This document shows positions 18,698 to 28,521 of a stretch of DNA of 32,000 bases, in pieces. A program made the translations under genes and the position numbers. The notes below the pieces were generated by a model that saw only the letters and a list, made by a program, of their open reading frames with translations, made no database searches and had not been told where the DNA came from. The stretch spans positions 300,001 through 332,000 of the forward strand of contig NZ_CP080507.1 of NCBI RefSeq assembly GCF_019464535.1, read 5' to 3'. Positions within the stretch are counted from its first letter, which is position 1; each line of letters begins with the position of its first letter. This DNA comes from Horticoccus luteus (GTDB lineage Bacteria > Verrucomicrobiota > Verrucomicrobiia > Opitutales > Opitutaceae).

Positions 18698-20634
18698 GCC
18701 TGCCCACCTGCCTGCCTTTGCCGCGCATTCGCTTCGAGCGCGGTTTTCTCGCCGAACGCGCCCGCCTCGTCCGTGAGGTCGTCATCCCGTATCAATGGGA
18801 AGCGCTCAACGACCGCGTGCCCGGCGCCGAGCGCAGCGGCACGATCAACAATTTCAAAGTAGCCGCCGGCGAACGGCCGGGGGAATTCTACGGCTATTGG
18901 TTCCAGGACTCCGATCTGGCGAAATGGCTCGAAGCGGCCTCGTTTTCGCTCGCGACGCATCCCGACCCGAAATTGGACGCGGAGCTCGATGGCATTATCG
19001 CAACCATCGCCAAAGCCCAGCAACCCGATGGCTACCTCGACACGTTTGTGCAGTTGACCGCTCCGGACAAGCGGTGGACCAACCTGTTTGAATGGCACGA
19101 GCTCTATATCGCCGGCCACTTCATCGAGGCGGGCGTGGCGCACTTCGAGGCGACGGGTAAACGCACGCTGCTCGACGTGGTCGGCAAGCTCGCCGACATG
19201 ATCGAGAAAGTCTTCGGCCTCGGCGCCGGCCAGATCCCGGGCTATCCGGGGCACGAGGAGATCGAGCTCGCGCTGGTGAAACTGGCGCGCGTGACCGGTG
19301 AAAAACGTTACGTGCAGCTCGCGGCCTATTTCATCAACCAACGCGGCGCAGCGCCCAACTATTTCGATGCCGAGAGCCAGCGTCTCGGCGTGAGCGCCAA
19401 GCTCCCCATCTATTTCTACAAAAACCGTTGGGAATATCTGCAGGCGGAAAAGCCGGTGCGAGACGCGCTGGAGCCCGTCGGCCACGCCGTGCGGGCGATG
19501 TATCTCTACACGGCCATGGCGGACCTGGCGCGAGAGCTGGGCGATCAATCGCTGCGCCAGGCCTGCCACACCCTCTGGAATAATTTGCGCGACTATCACA
19601 CCTACATCACGGGCGCGGTCGGGTCGGAGTGGGAAGGCGAACAGTTTTCCGGGCGCTACGATCTGCCGAACGATCGGGCGTATGCCGAAAGTTGCGCCGG
19701 CATCGGCCTCGTCTTCTTTGCGCGCCGGATGCTGGATCTGGAGCTGCGCGGCGAGTTCGCCGATGCGATGGAGCGCACCTTGTTCAACAACGTGCTCGCC
19801 GGCATGGCGCTCGACGGGAAAACATTCTTTTACGTCAACCCGCTGGAAGTGCGCCCGGAGGAAGCGAAGGCGCGCCGCGACCAGCACTACGTGAAGACGC
19901 AGCGCGTGCCGTGGTTCGGTTGCGCGTGCTGCCCGCCCAACATCGCGCGCACCTTGACCTCGCTCGGCTACTACGTGCACTCGGTGCAGCCCGACGGTCT
20001 CGCGATTCATCTCTACGCGGACTGTGCGCTCGACGCCACGGTGGCCGGAGTGAAAGTCGGCCTCGCGGTGAAAACCGATTATCCGTGGGACGGGAAAGTC
20101 CGGGTGGAGGTGACGCCGCGCGGGCCGGCGAAATTCGGGTTGCGGTTGCGGCTGCCCGGCTGGTGCACCGCGCCGAGTGCGTCGGTCAACGGCGCCCCCG
20201 TGGATCTCGCCGCGCACGCGCGCGACGGTTACCTGCACCTCGATCGCGAATGGGCGCCGGGCGATGTCGTGACGTTGGATCTGCCGATGACTGTGCAACG
20301 CGTGCGCGCGCATCCCCGGGTCCACTACGATCTCGGATGCGTGGCGCTGCAGCGCGGACCGCTGGTTTTTTGCGTCGAGCAAATCGACAACGGCCCGCAG
20401 CTCGCGCAACTCGTCTTGCCGAAGCGCGCGGTGCTCACGGCGCGGTTCGATGCAGGATTGCTGGGCGGAGCGATCGTGATTGAGGGCGCCGCTGAACGCA
20501 TCACCCCGGCGTCAAACGAACTCTATTCAACGGCGGAACCCATCCGGGTGCCCGCGACACTCAGGGCGGTGCCTTACTGCCTCTGGAATAACCGGGGCGA
20601 AGGCGAGATGCGGGTCTGGCTCCGCGAAGATTAA
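18694..20634 (+). CDS. GH127 (DUF1680) beta-L-arabinofuranosidase family protein
   Basis: Start at MSLPTCLPLPRIRFERG overlaps the GH51 stop (ATGA 18694-18697). GH127-typical text: GHEEIELALVKLARVTGEKRY, plus the Cys-rich FGCACCPPNIAR motif. Confidence 0.85.
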   Translation: MSLPTCLPLPRIRFERGFLAERARLVREVVIPYQWEALNDRVPGAERSGTINNFKVAAGERPGEFYGYWFQDSDLAKWLEAASFSLATHPDPKLDAELDGIIATIAKAQQPDGYLDTFVQLTAPDKRWTNLFEWHELYIAGHFIEAGVAHFEATGKRTLLDVVGKLADMIEKVFGLGAGQIPGYPGHEEIELALVKLARVTGEKRYVQLAAYFINQRGAAPNYFDAESQRLGVSAKLPIYFYKNRWEYLQAEKPVRDALEPVGHAVRAMYLYTAMADLARELGDQSLRQACHTLWNNLRDYHTYITGAVGSEWEGEQFSGRYDLPNDRAYAESCAGIGLVFFARRMLDLELRGEFADAMERTLFNNVLAGMALDGKTFFYVNPLEVRPEEAKARRDQHYVKTQRVPWFGCACCPPNIARTLTSLGYYVHSVQPDGLAIHLYADCALDATVAGVKVGLAVKTDYPWDGKVRVEVTPRGPAKFGLRLRLPGWCTAPSASVNGAPVDLAAHARDGYLHLDREWAPGDVVTLDLPMTVQRVRAHPRVHYDLGCVALQRGPLVFCVEQIDNGPQLAQLVLPKRAVLTARFDAGLLGGAIVIEGAAERITPASNELYSTAEPIRVPATLRAVPYCLWNNRGEGEMRVWLRED

Positions 20635-20652
20635 ACCTAAGACTAACATATT

Positions 20653-22182
20653 ATGATCCACATCCGATCTGCCGACGTTTTCTCGTGCTCGATCAACTCG
20701 CGCATAGAGCGCAAGGTTCACCGCCCAGGCGTCCGCTGGGTGCGGCGGGCAGTCCCGGCGCTTTTGCTGGCGGTGACCGCGGCGACGGTCGTGGCGCAAC
20801 CGCAGCAAAAAATTGTGGATGCGATCATCGCCGATGGAATGACGGATCAAACCGGCTACAAATTCCTGGAGGAATTGTGCGACGACTTCGGCGGCCGGCT
20901 CGTGGGGAGCCCGCAAAACCAAGCGGCGATGGAGCGCACCGTGGCGGAGTTGAAGGCGCTGGGAATCGAAGCGCGTTTGGAAGAATTCAAGATGCCGGGA
21001 TGGGAGCGGGGCGATGATCGGATCACCATGCTCGCGCCGGTGCCGCGGCCGATCCGCGCGGCGTCGATCAGCTACACGCAACCGACTCCCGAATTCACCG
21101 CGGACGCCGTGGACCTGAAACTCGGACGGGCGGAGGACTACGCGGGACAGGACACACAGGGAAAAATCGGCGTGGTTTCGGCCGGCAGCCCGGTGTCGAC
21201 CCGCGAGAGTATAAAGCAGGCGATGGCGCATGGGGTGAAAGCGCTGCTCTTCATCGATCGCGTGAATGGCGGTCAGTTGCTCGCGCGTTCGGGGAGCTTT
21301 GTCGGCGAGCCGTTGGCGCTGCCGGTCTTCACGATCACGGCGGAGGAAGGATTGTGGATGCAGCGGTTGCTGGCGCGAGACCAGCGCGTGACGCTCACCT
21401 TGGTGGTGCGCTCGAAATGCATTCCGGTCACCACGGCCAACATCGTGGCGCGTTTCCCTGGACGCACGCCCGACACGGTGATTTTGGGCGGCCACTTTGA
21501 TGGTTGGGATCTCGGCCAGGCGGCGTTGGATAACGGCCTGGGGATTGCCCAGATTCTCAACACCGCGCGGCTCCTGCAGAAGCACAGCCCGGAAAATCTG
21601 CGCACGGTGGAGCTCGTCTGGTTCAATGGCGAAGAGGCGGGTCTGTGGGGTTCGCGCACGCAATCGGAGCGCGAGCGCGACGCGCCGATCGTCGCCATGA
21701 TCAACCTCGACATGGCCGGCTACCCGACCGGGGTGAACGCGATGGGCTACGACGAGTTGATGCCGGTGCTGCAGCGATTCAACGAGACGCTGGGTGAATT
21801 GAAGTTGAAGGACGGGGTCGTGAGCTCGCCGTGGCGCGGCAGCGATCATTTGCCGTATATGTTGACGGGCGTGCGGGCCATCACGATCGGCGGCCCGATC
21901 GCGCCGGAGGCGGTGCGGTTCTATCACGATTTTGGCGACACCTACGACAAGGTGGATCCGAAGCTCGTCGCCGCTTCGTCCTCCGCCGTGGCCGCGCTCG
22001 TTTACACGTTGGCCAACGATTCGGAATTGAAGGCGAAACGCGTGTCCGATGCGGACACCGCGGCGCTGCTCGTAAAAGCGAAACTCGACACGGAATTGCG
22101 CAACGCCGGCATCTGGCCGTTTGGCGACGCCAAGGCGGCGGCGACGAAGCCGGCGCGCGAGCCGAAGACGACCAAGCCCTGA
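20653..22182 (+). CDS. M28-family metallopeptidase with PA domain, secreted
   Basis: 509 aa. A hydrophobic signal region RRAVPALLLAVTAATVVAQP is present. M28-like text: GGHFDGWDLGQAALDNGLG, WFNGEEAGLWGS, INLDM. The exact start is uncertain. Confidence 0.75.
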   Translation: MIHIRSADVFSCSINSRIERKVHRPGVRWVRRAVPALLLAVTAATVVAQPQQKIVDAIIADGMTDQTGYKFLEELCDDFGGRLVGSPQNQAAMERTVAELKALGIEARLEEFKMPGWERGDDRITMLAPVPRPIRAASISYTQPTPEFTADAVDLKLGRAEDYAGQDTQGKIGVVSAGSPVSTRESIKQAMAHGVKALLFIDRVNGGQLLARSGSFVGEPLALPVFTITAEEGLWMQRLLARDQRVTLTLVVRSKCIPVTTANIVARFPGRTPDTVILGGHFDGWDLGQAALDNGLGIAQILNTARLLQKHSPENLRTVELVWFNGEEAGLWGSRTQSERERDAPIVAMINLDMAGYPTGVNAMGYDELMPVLQRFNETLGELKLKDGVVSSPWRGSDHLPYMLTGVRAITIGGPIAPEAVRFYHDFGDTYDKVDPKLVAASSSAVAALVYTLANDSELKAKRVSDADTAALLVKAKLDTELRNAGIWPFGDAKAAATKPAREPKTTKP

Positions 22183-22222
22183 TCGCAGACGCGATCGCGC
22201 AAAAAGATCATTGCCCCAGCCC

Positions 22223-24400
22223 ATGGCCTCCAACGTTCAACCCGAACTCTTTCGCAAGGTGCGCTGCGGCGCGATTACGGCGCTCTATATGCGCGACCCG
22301 GAGACCAAACGGCTCGGGCTCTGGCTCGTGCCCACGGCGAAAGCGGCGAAGCTGCCGAAGCGCCGCGAGGTGATCGACGGCGTGGAGTTCGACGCGATGC
22401 TGGCGGCGACGAATGGGCGGTTGCGCGCGTGGCACATTGAATCGCTCGTGCAAGTGAAAGCGCTCGCGGATGAACCGCCGGCGGGCTTTGCGCAAGGCCG
22501 CACCCTGCGCAACAGCGTGACGGTGGACCGGCTGGCGTTTGAGCGTCAGGCAGTGACCCGACGTGGCGGCGCGACGACGGTGCGCACCAGCTTCGTTCAC
22601 GACCGAGATGGCTGGCGGGCGCACCATGAACTCACCTGGCGGGCGGGCGCGAGCTGGCTGGAGAGCACGACAACGGTGGAAAACACGTCGGCAGCCCCGG
22701 TCACGCTGGAAATGCTCGCGAGTTTCTCGATCAGCGGACTCGCGGCGTTCGCCTCAGACGATGCGCCGGAGCGGCTGCGGCTGCACCGGATCCGGGCGGC
22801 GTGGAGCACGGAAGGGCGGCTCGTGACGGAAAGCTTTGAAGACGCGCAACTGGAGCCGTCGTGGAGTTGCTACTCAGTGCGCGCCGAGCGTTTCGGCGCG
22901 GTGGGCTCGCTGCCGGTCAACGGGTATTTCCCCTTTGTCGCGGTGGAAGACAGCGGGGCGGGCGTGACGTGGGGCGCGCAGGTGGCCCACCCGGGCTCTT
23001 GGCAGATGGAGGTTTACCGGCGCGAAGATCTGGGCGCGATTTCCGGCGGACTCGCGGATCGCGAGTTTGGCCATTGGATGAAGACGGTGGCGCCGGGCGA
23101 GCAGTTCACGTCGCCCGTGGCGTTCGTAAGCGCCGTCGCCGGCGGCGTGGAGGATGTTTGCGCGGCCTTGACCGCGGCGCAGGAGCGGCCGCTCGCGCAA
23201 CTGCCGAAGAGCGAGCGAGCGTTGCCGGTGATGTTCAACGAATGGGCGACGAGTTGGGGCGATCCGCGGCACGAGAACATGGTGAGGCTGGCGGAGCGGC
23301 TGCGCGGATCGGGCGTCAAATATCTGGTGATCGATGCGGGTTGGTATAAGCCGGACGCCGGTTCGTGGGGTGATGCGCAAGGCGAGTGGCAGGCGAACCG
23401 CGCGATGTATCCGCAGGGTCTGCGCGCCACCACGGAGGCGATCCGGGCGGCGGGATTTGTGCCGGGCTTGTGGTTTGAGATGGAGGTGGTCGGCAGCAGT
23501 TCGCCGCTGTGGAACAAGACCGAGTGGTTGCTGCATCGCGACGGTCGGCCGATCACGGGCGGCACGCGACGGTTTCTCGATCTGCGCCAGCCTGCGGTGG
23601 TGGATTATCTGACGGCGCGCGTGATCGGCACCCTGCGGGAGGGGAATTTCGGCTATATCAAAGTCGATTACAACGAGACGATCGGCTTCGGCGTCGACGG
23701 GGCGGAATCGCCCGGTGAAGGCTTGCGGCAGCATCTCGCGGGCGTGCAGGCGTTTTTTAGGAAAATGCGCGCGGAGCTGCCCGATCTCGTGATCGAAAAT
23801 TGCTCGTCGGGCGGGCACCGGTTGGAGCCGTCGATGATGGCATTGGTGGCGATGGGCAGCTTTTCCGATGCGCACGAGTGCCGGGAAATTCCGATCATCG
23901 CGGCGAATCTGCATCGCGTGATTTTGCCGCGGCAGAGTCAGGTGTGGGCGGTGTTGCGGGCGGAGGCGGATCTGCGGCGCACCGCGTATGTGCTCGCGAG
24001 CGGGTTTCTGGGCCGGCTGTGTTTTTCGGGTGATTACATGACGCTGCGTGCGGAACAGCATGAACTTGTGGCGCGGAGCATCGCGTTGTATCGCGAGGCG
24101 GCGCCGGTGATCGCGCGGGGGCGGAGCCACCGCTACGGCCCGGATGTGCGGGCCTATCGGCATGCGCGCGGCTGGCAGGCGGTCGTGCGCATCGCCCCAG
24201 GCGGACGAACCGTGTTGGTGGTGGCGCACACGTTTGCGGATCCGAAAACGCGCGAGCTGCGTGTGCCGCTGCCGCCGGGAAAGTGGAAGATTGCCGGCGA
24301 ACTGAACGAGGGAGGGAAGGGCGCGCGCATCGTCGACGGCGAATGGCGCTGGCGACCGGGCGGCGAATGGGCGGGTTGCGCGGTGGTTTTGCGTCGCTGA
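22223..24400 (+). CDS. GH36-family alpha-galactosidase-like glycoside hydrolase
   Basis: Start at MASNVQPELF lies after the upstream stop. GH36-type catalytic-region text: KYLVIDAGWY, YIKVDYN, IENCSSGGHRLEP. No signal peptide. Confidence 0.8.
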   Translation: MASNVQPELFRKVRCGAITALYMRDPETKRLGLWLVPTAKAAKLPKRREVIDGVEFDAMLAATNGRLRAWHIESLVQVKALADEPPAGFAQGRTLRNSVTVDRLAFERQAVTRRGGATTVRTSFVHDRDGWRAHHELTWRAGASWLESTTTVENTSAAPVTLEMLASFSISGLAAFASDDAPERLRLHRIRAAWSTEGRLVTESFEDAQLEPSWSCYSVRAERFGAVGSLPVNGYFPFVAVEDSGAGVTWGAQVAHPGSWQMEVYRREDLGAISGGLADREFGHWMKTVAPGEQFTSPVAFVSAVAGGVEDVCAALTAAQERPLAQLPKSERALPVMFNEWATSWGDPRHENMVRLAERLRGSGVKYLVIDAGWYKPDAGSWGDAQGEWQANRAMYPQGLRATTEAIRAAGFVPGLWFEMEVVGSSSPLWNKTEWLLHRDGRPITGGTRRFLDLRQPAVVDYLTARVIGTLREGNFGYIKVDYNETIGFGVDGAESPGEGLRQHLAGVQAFFRKMRAELPDLVIENCSSGGHRLEPSMMALVAMGSFSDAHECREIPIIAANLHRVILPRQSQVWAVLRAEADLRRTAYVLASGFLGRLCFSGDYMTLRAEQHELVARSIALYREAAPVIARGRSHRYGPDVRAYRHARGWQAVVRIAPGGRTVLVVAHTFADPKTRELRVPLPPGKWKIAGELNEGGKGARIVDGEWRWRPGGEWAGCAVVLRR

Positions 24401-24430
24401 CGCCGGCGAGCGACGACCGGCGGAGGCGAC

Positions 24431-24457
24431 CTGTCAGGCAGGCTGACGGCGTCTTTC
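24431..24457 (+). terminator. Candidate intrinsic terminator after the GH36 gene
   Basis: 7-bp stem CTGTCAG/CTGACGG (one G-U pair) with loop GCAGG, followed by CGTCTTTC. The U-tract is short. Confidence 0.3.
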
Positions 24458-24493
24458 GGCGGGGTTGAGGGGTATTCAGTTGCCGTCGACGCG

Positions 24494-26626
24494 GTGGGCA
24501 GACTCTTTCGTCGGCACCCCCCCATGTCATCACCCCACCCGCAGGCTCCTTGGTGCAAGTGGGGGTTATGGTTTCTTGGGCTCGCTCCGGTCGTGTTTCT
24601 CGTCGCGCAGGTGGCGGCGAACCTGCGGAATATTGTTTACTGGGATGAGTTCGAAACGGCGCTGAGTTATCTCGTCGACCTCGACCGGCACGCGTCGTGG
24701 CCGGTGATTCTCGAAAAACTGTTCGCGGTGCAAAATGAGCATCGGATCGTGACGAGCCGGCTGCTCTACCTGCTGTTGCGCGCGACGACGGGAACGTTGG
24801 ATTTCGTTTTCATTGGTGTCTTGGGCGATGCTTTTCTGCTCGGGACCGCGGTTCTGCTGCTCGTGTTTGTCGGCAAGCCGGGGCAGCGCGCACCGCTGGC
24901 GGCGTTGTTGGGCCTGGGGTTGTTTCACCTGGAGCATTACGAAAATCTTTTTTGGGCGGGCTCTTCCATCGACCACTTTCATGTGGTGCTGCTCGCCACG
25001 GGGGCATTCGTGCTGCTGACGCGCGAGAGCAGGCTGGGGCTGTGGGGCGCGTTGCTGCTCGGATTGCTGGGAAGTTATACGCTGGTGCATGGGTTCGTGA
25101 TCTGGCCGGTGGGCGCCGGGTTGCTGGCGGGGCAACGCCGCTGGCGTCATTTGGGCGTCTGGCTGCTGGTCGCGGCGACGGCGGTGATTTGTTATTTTCC
25201 AGGGTTCTTTTTCAACCCGGGGCATCACGTGGAAACCTCCGTCCACGCGGGCTCGGTGTTCATTTACTGGCTCGCTTTGCTGGGGGCGGCTCCGGCGTTG
25301 GGTGATGCAGCGGTGGCTCCATGGCTCGGGGCGTGTCTGGTGGGCGCAGGATTCTGGTTGATGCGGCAGCGCCGCTGGAAGGATGAGCGGGTCGCGGCGG
25401 CGGTGGTCGCGTTCTGCGTGATCGCAATGATGCTGATGGCGCTGGGTCGCACGGGGCTCGCGGGTGCGGCGACGTTGACTTCGCGCTATATCATTCTGAG
25501 TTCGCTGGCTTGGACGTTAACCGCGTGGGTGGCGTGGACGAGCGGGGAGATCAGTGCGGCGCGTCGCGGATGGCTCTTCGCGTCGCTGGTGGTGGCGTTT
25601 GGCGCGGTCAACGTGGCGGCCGATGTCCGCTTTGGGGAGAAAGGGAAAGTGTTCAAAGAGCTGCGCGAACAAGTGGCGTTGCGCTATCATTTCTCCCGCA
25701 CGCTCGAAGGTGCACCGTTTAAACTCTATCCCAATGCCGCCTTGGGGGATCGCATCCTCGTCGCGGCGGAAGAGCGGGGCATCTATCGCCTGCCGCTACC
25801 AGAGGTGAAGGCGATCACGCTCGGGCACGAGCGATTGAGGGATGGCATCACGTGTGCGCTCGACGGCGTCCAAGCCAACGCGCACGCGGTGTATGTCGAC
25901 GGGTGGGCGGCCACTCCTCGAGGCGGCATGCCGCCGGGCGAACCCGCCGTGGTGTTTGTCGGCGACTCGACGGTGCGCGCTTTCCACGCGCTGCGCATCC
26001 GGCGCCCCGATGTCGTGCAAGCCAAGGGTAACGCGGAATTGTTGTTCGCGGGTTTTCGGGTCGTCGTGCCGCGCGCGGCCTTGCCGCCGGAAAATTATCG
26101 AATCGGCGCGCTGTTTCGCGGAAAGGATTCCGATGCGTGTGTGCTGACGGCATCGACGGTGGATTTGCGCACCGCCCCGGTGAACGCGCCATCGCCGGCG
26201 GAAAAAGTGACGCTGCGCGCCCCGCGCGAAATTCCGGGCGTGGTTTACTTTGTCGAGTCCGTGCGAAGCGATGACGAGGCGGTCGAGATCGACGGTTGGG
26301 CGTTCCTCCCGAAACGCGAAGGCGGCGAGCGGGAGATGGCCGTGGTTTTTCAATCCGAGGACTCGCGCCTGGCATTCCGCGCGCGTCGGTCTCCGCGGTT
26401 GGACGTCGCGCAAAAGTATCCGGAGTGCCGCACGCTTTACGCAGGCTTCCACCTGCATCTGCCGCGCAGCGAATTGCCGAAGACGCATTTTCGGCTGGGG
26501 CTGTCTTTCAAGCAGGAGGACGAAGAGGAATTCATCCTGACGGATCACCGCGTGGACCTCGCGCCGGAACCAGCGTTGCTCGGCGACGCGGCGAGAGTGC
26601 CACTGCCGAGCGGCGTCGGCGGGTGA
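24494..26626 (+). CDS. Multi-pass membrane protein, GT-C-like glycosyltransferase candidate, with a duplicated C-terminal soluble domain
   Basis: About 10 or more hydrophobic segments lie in aa 20-375. An acidic motif YWDEFE follows the first TM segment, as in the first loop of GT-C enzymes. The C-terminal ~260 aa are soluble. The start is 24494 or 24524. The functional call is an inference. Confidence 0.5.
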   Translation: MGRLFRRHPPMSSPHPQAPWCKWGLWFLGLAPVVFLVAQVAANLRNIVYWDEFETALSYLVDLDRHASWPVILEKLFAVQNEHRIVTSRLLYLLLRATTGTLDFVFIGVLGDAFLLGTAVLLLVFVGKPGQRAPLAALLGLGLFHLEHYENLFWAGSSIDHFHVVLLATGAFVLLTRESRLGLWGALLLGLLGSYTLVHGFVIWPVGAGLLAGQRRWRHLGVWLLVAATAVICYFPGFFFNPGHHVETSVHAGSVFIYWLALLGAAPALGDAAVAPWLGACLVGAGFWLMRQRRWKDERVAAAVVAFCVIAMMLMALGRTGLAGAATLTSRYIILSSLAWTLTAWVAWTSGEISAARRGWLFASLVVAFGAVNVAADVRFGEKGKVFKELREQVALRYHFSRTLEGAPFKLYPNAALGDRILVAAEERGIYRLPLPEVKAITLGHERLRDGITCALDGVQANAHAVYVDGWAATPRGGMPPGEPAVVFVGDSTVRAFHALRIRRPDVVQAKGNAELLFAGFRVVVPRAALPPENYRIGALFRGKDSDACVLTASTVDLRTAPVNAPSPAEKVTLRAPREIPGVVYFVESVRSDDEAVEIDGWAFLPKREGGEREMAVVFQSEDSRLAFRARRSPRLDVAQKYPECRTLYAGFHLHLPRSELPKTHFRLGLSFKQEDEEEFILTDHRVDLAPEPALLGDAARVPLPSGVGG
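25847..26560 (+). repeat. Intragenic protein-level duplication (two ~105-aa domains, about 25847..26167 and 26240..26560)
   Basis: Copy 1: VYVDGWAATPRGG..AVVFVGDSTVRAFHALRIRRPDVVQA...FAGFRVVVPRAALPPENYRIGALF...VDL. Copy 2: VEIDGWAFLPKREGG..AVVFQSEDSRLAFRARRSPRLDVAQK...YAGFHLHLPRSELPKTHFRLGLSF...VDL. Confidence 0.65.
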
Positions 26627-26881
26627 GGTGAGGCGAAGCGCCGACGCGGACAGCGAGAGGCCGACGGGTGAAACGTGGGGCGGCTGGCTCGATAAAGTGC
26701 CGAGCACGATGGTTGAGCGCGTCGCTGACGCGAATCGTTGGCGGAAACGGCGAAAGAAATGCGTTTTTGGCGAACGGGCGTTTGACGGAGAGGTCGGCGT
26801 TTCTACGTTCGCGTCGAGCGCGGGCGTTTTCCCCGACGTCCGCGCAGTCTGACTCCTTCAACCCCACGGAGACTCAACCCC

Positions 26882-27361
26882 ATGAGCAAGTTCATCGCTT
26901 GGAGCGAGGCGCATCGCGGCCTCTGGCTGGATTGTGTTCGGATTTTCCTCGGCCTCGGTCTGTTCGCGCGCGGGGTGATGCTGATCACCCATACGTCGAC
27001 GGGTTACTACGTGAATTTGCTTCAACAGGCGGACGCCATCTGGCTGTTGAAGAGCGGTGTGCTGCACTACGTGATGCTGGCGCACTTTCTCGGTGGGGTC
27101 TTGTTGACGATCGGTTTTTTCACGCGGCTGGCGGCGTTGGTCCAGATTCCGATTCTGGCGGGCGCAGTGTTTCTCGTGCACCGGCAAGATGGACTATTTG
27201 ATGCGAATCAGGCTTTGGCGTTTTCTACGCTGGTGCTGTTTTTGCTCGTCGTGATCGCGGCGGCGGGAGCGGGCAAATTCTCGCTCGACTACGCGACGTT
27301 TGGCCCGGCGAGGGCGGACGACGACCCGGAGCATCCATCGATCGCGCTGCCGCAGGTGTAG
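26882..27361 (+). CDS. DoxX-family membrane protein
   Basis: 159 aa with four hydrophobic segments. DoxX-like text: RIFLGLGLFARGV, FFTRLAALVQIPILAGAVFLVH. Confidence 0.8.
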   Translation: MSKFIAWSEAHRGLWLDCVRIFLGLGLFARGVMLITHTSTGYYVNLLQQADAIWLLKSGVLHYVMLAHFLGGVLLTIGFFTRLAALVQIPILAGAVFLVHRQDGLFDANQALAFSTLVLFLLVVIAAAGAGKFSLDYATFGPARADDDPEHPSIALPQV

Positions 27362-27428
27362 GGGAAACGGCGGGACGGGCGGGACCGATCTTGTTCGGGC
27401 CGAGGCGACGACGGCCGAAGGCCCGCGG

Positions 27429-27908
27429 CACTATTTTGTCGCGGGTCGGTCGCAAGCGTTCACCTATGACGAGGAAGGCAATCTGAAGACCGACGAAGCT
27501 TGGAAATTATGGATCTTCAACGACCGGGGGAATCTGGGACTACACCTACGATGCGGAAAACCGCCTCGTTCGCATGCAGAGCGCCCTGCCCGCGGGTTTT
27601 GGCTTTACCCGGTCCTCATCGAATTCAAATACGATTACTTGGGCCGCCGGGTGCAGAAGCGTGTGATCAATTTGGACGATAACACGGAGGTGTCCTTGCT
27701 GCGCTACCTTTACGCTGGCTGGGAGCTGGTCGCGGAAACCAAGGGGGACGGGACGATCGTTCGCAGCTACTTGTGGGGGCTGGATATTGCCGATTCCTTG
27801 AGTGCCACGGGCGGAGTGGGAGCATTGTTACAGGTGACCAACCATGGCGCCAGTCAGCGCACGCGTTATCTGGCTGCTTATGCGGACGGCGGATGGCCGC
27901 CGAAATGA
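27429..27908 (+). pseudogene. Decayed RHS/YD-repeat protein fragment (at least 2 frameshifts, truncated)
   Basis: YD-repeat text is split over two frames. FTYDEEGNLKTDE is in frame 0. WDYTYDAENRLVRMQS is in the +1 frame from 27535. EFKYDYLGRRVQKRV...YLYAGWELVAE...YLWGLD...GGVGALLQV is back in frame 0. There is no N-terminal body and no intact C-terminal core. Confidence 0.7.
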
Positions 27909-28168
27909 AAGCGACCCGCGAGGCGCTTTGGCAGGAAGAGTTAGCGGCCTTGCTGGCCAGACTCAAACGCGGGCCCGCGGACGTGGAGCAGGAAAGGAAA
28001 TCAGCGTTTTGGAAAACCGCGTTGGCGGCGGCGATGAAAGACCGCACGACGGCGACCAACCGCTGGCTGGGAGAGGCCATCAATATGGGAGTCCGGCACG
28101 AAGTCAGTCGTCAGGTTGGGCGTTGGAAACGAAATCCGGATGCGCGATTGAGCAAGCAACTGGCATGA
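27893..28168 (+). CDS. Orphan 91-aa ORF resembling the C-terminal HTH-like tail seen on some transposase-like proteins; probably a gene fragment
   Basis: MAAEMKATREALWQEELAALLARLKRGPADVEQERKSAFWKTALAAAMKDRTTATNRWLGEAINMG. The pattern KSAxWKxAxAxxxKxxTTxTNxWL is recalled from memory, not searched. No catalytic domain lies upstream. Confidence 0.35.
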   Translation: MAAEMKATREALWQEELAALLARLKRGPADVEQERKSAFWKTALAAAMKDRTTATNRWLGEAINMGVRHEVSRQVGRWKRNPDARLSKQLA

Positions 28169-28521
28169 ACTACAAACTACAAAGCCAGACCCCTTTTTAG
28201 ATTCCTCACCCCGTGTCGCCGGCGGCAGCCTTGGCCGCGACGGACGCAAGACGGCTCGCGCCCCCGGTGACGGGCGGCGGACGTCCTCTCGGCGGGCGAA
28301 AACGGACGCCACCGGCCCGCGCGCCCGCGACCGGCGAAGGATGCCGCCGTCCGGCGCTCCGCCCATCGGCGGTCGGAGGCCACTACAAAACGCATAAGCG
28401 GCGGTCGGAACCGCGGACGCCTTCGAAACGGGCTTGTTCAACCCGCGTCCCGCTGCGCGCTACGGCGCAGCAGAACGCTCAGAGTTCGGCCTTTTATTGC
28501 ACGGCATCAGTGAACACCCAG

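Noticed and set aside
28400-28470. tRNA-like or att-like fragment (cttcgaaacgggcttgttcaacccgcg) in the 350-bp GC-rich gap 28169..28521.
   Set aside because: Only a 4-bp stem with a 9-nt loop can be drawn. There is no T-arm or acceptor geometry and no other tRNA elements.
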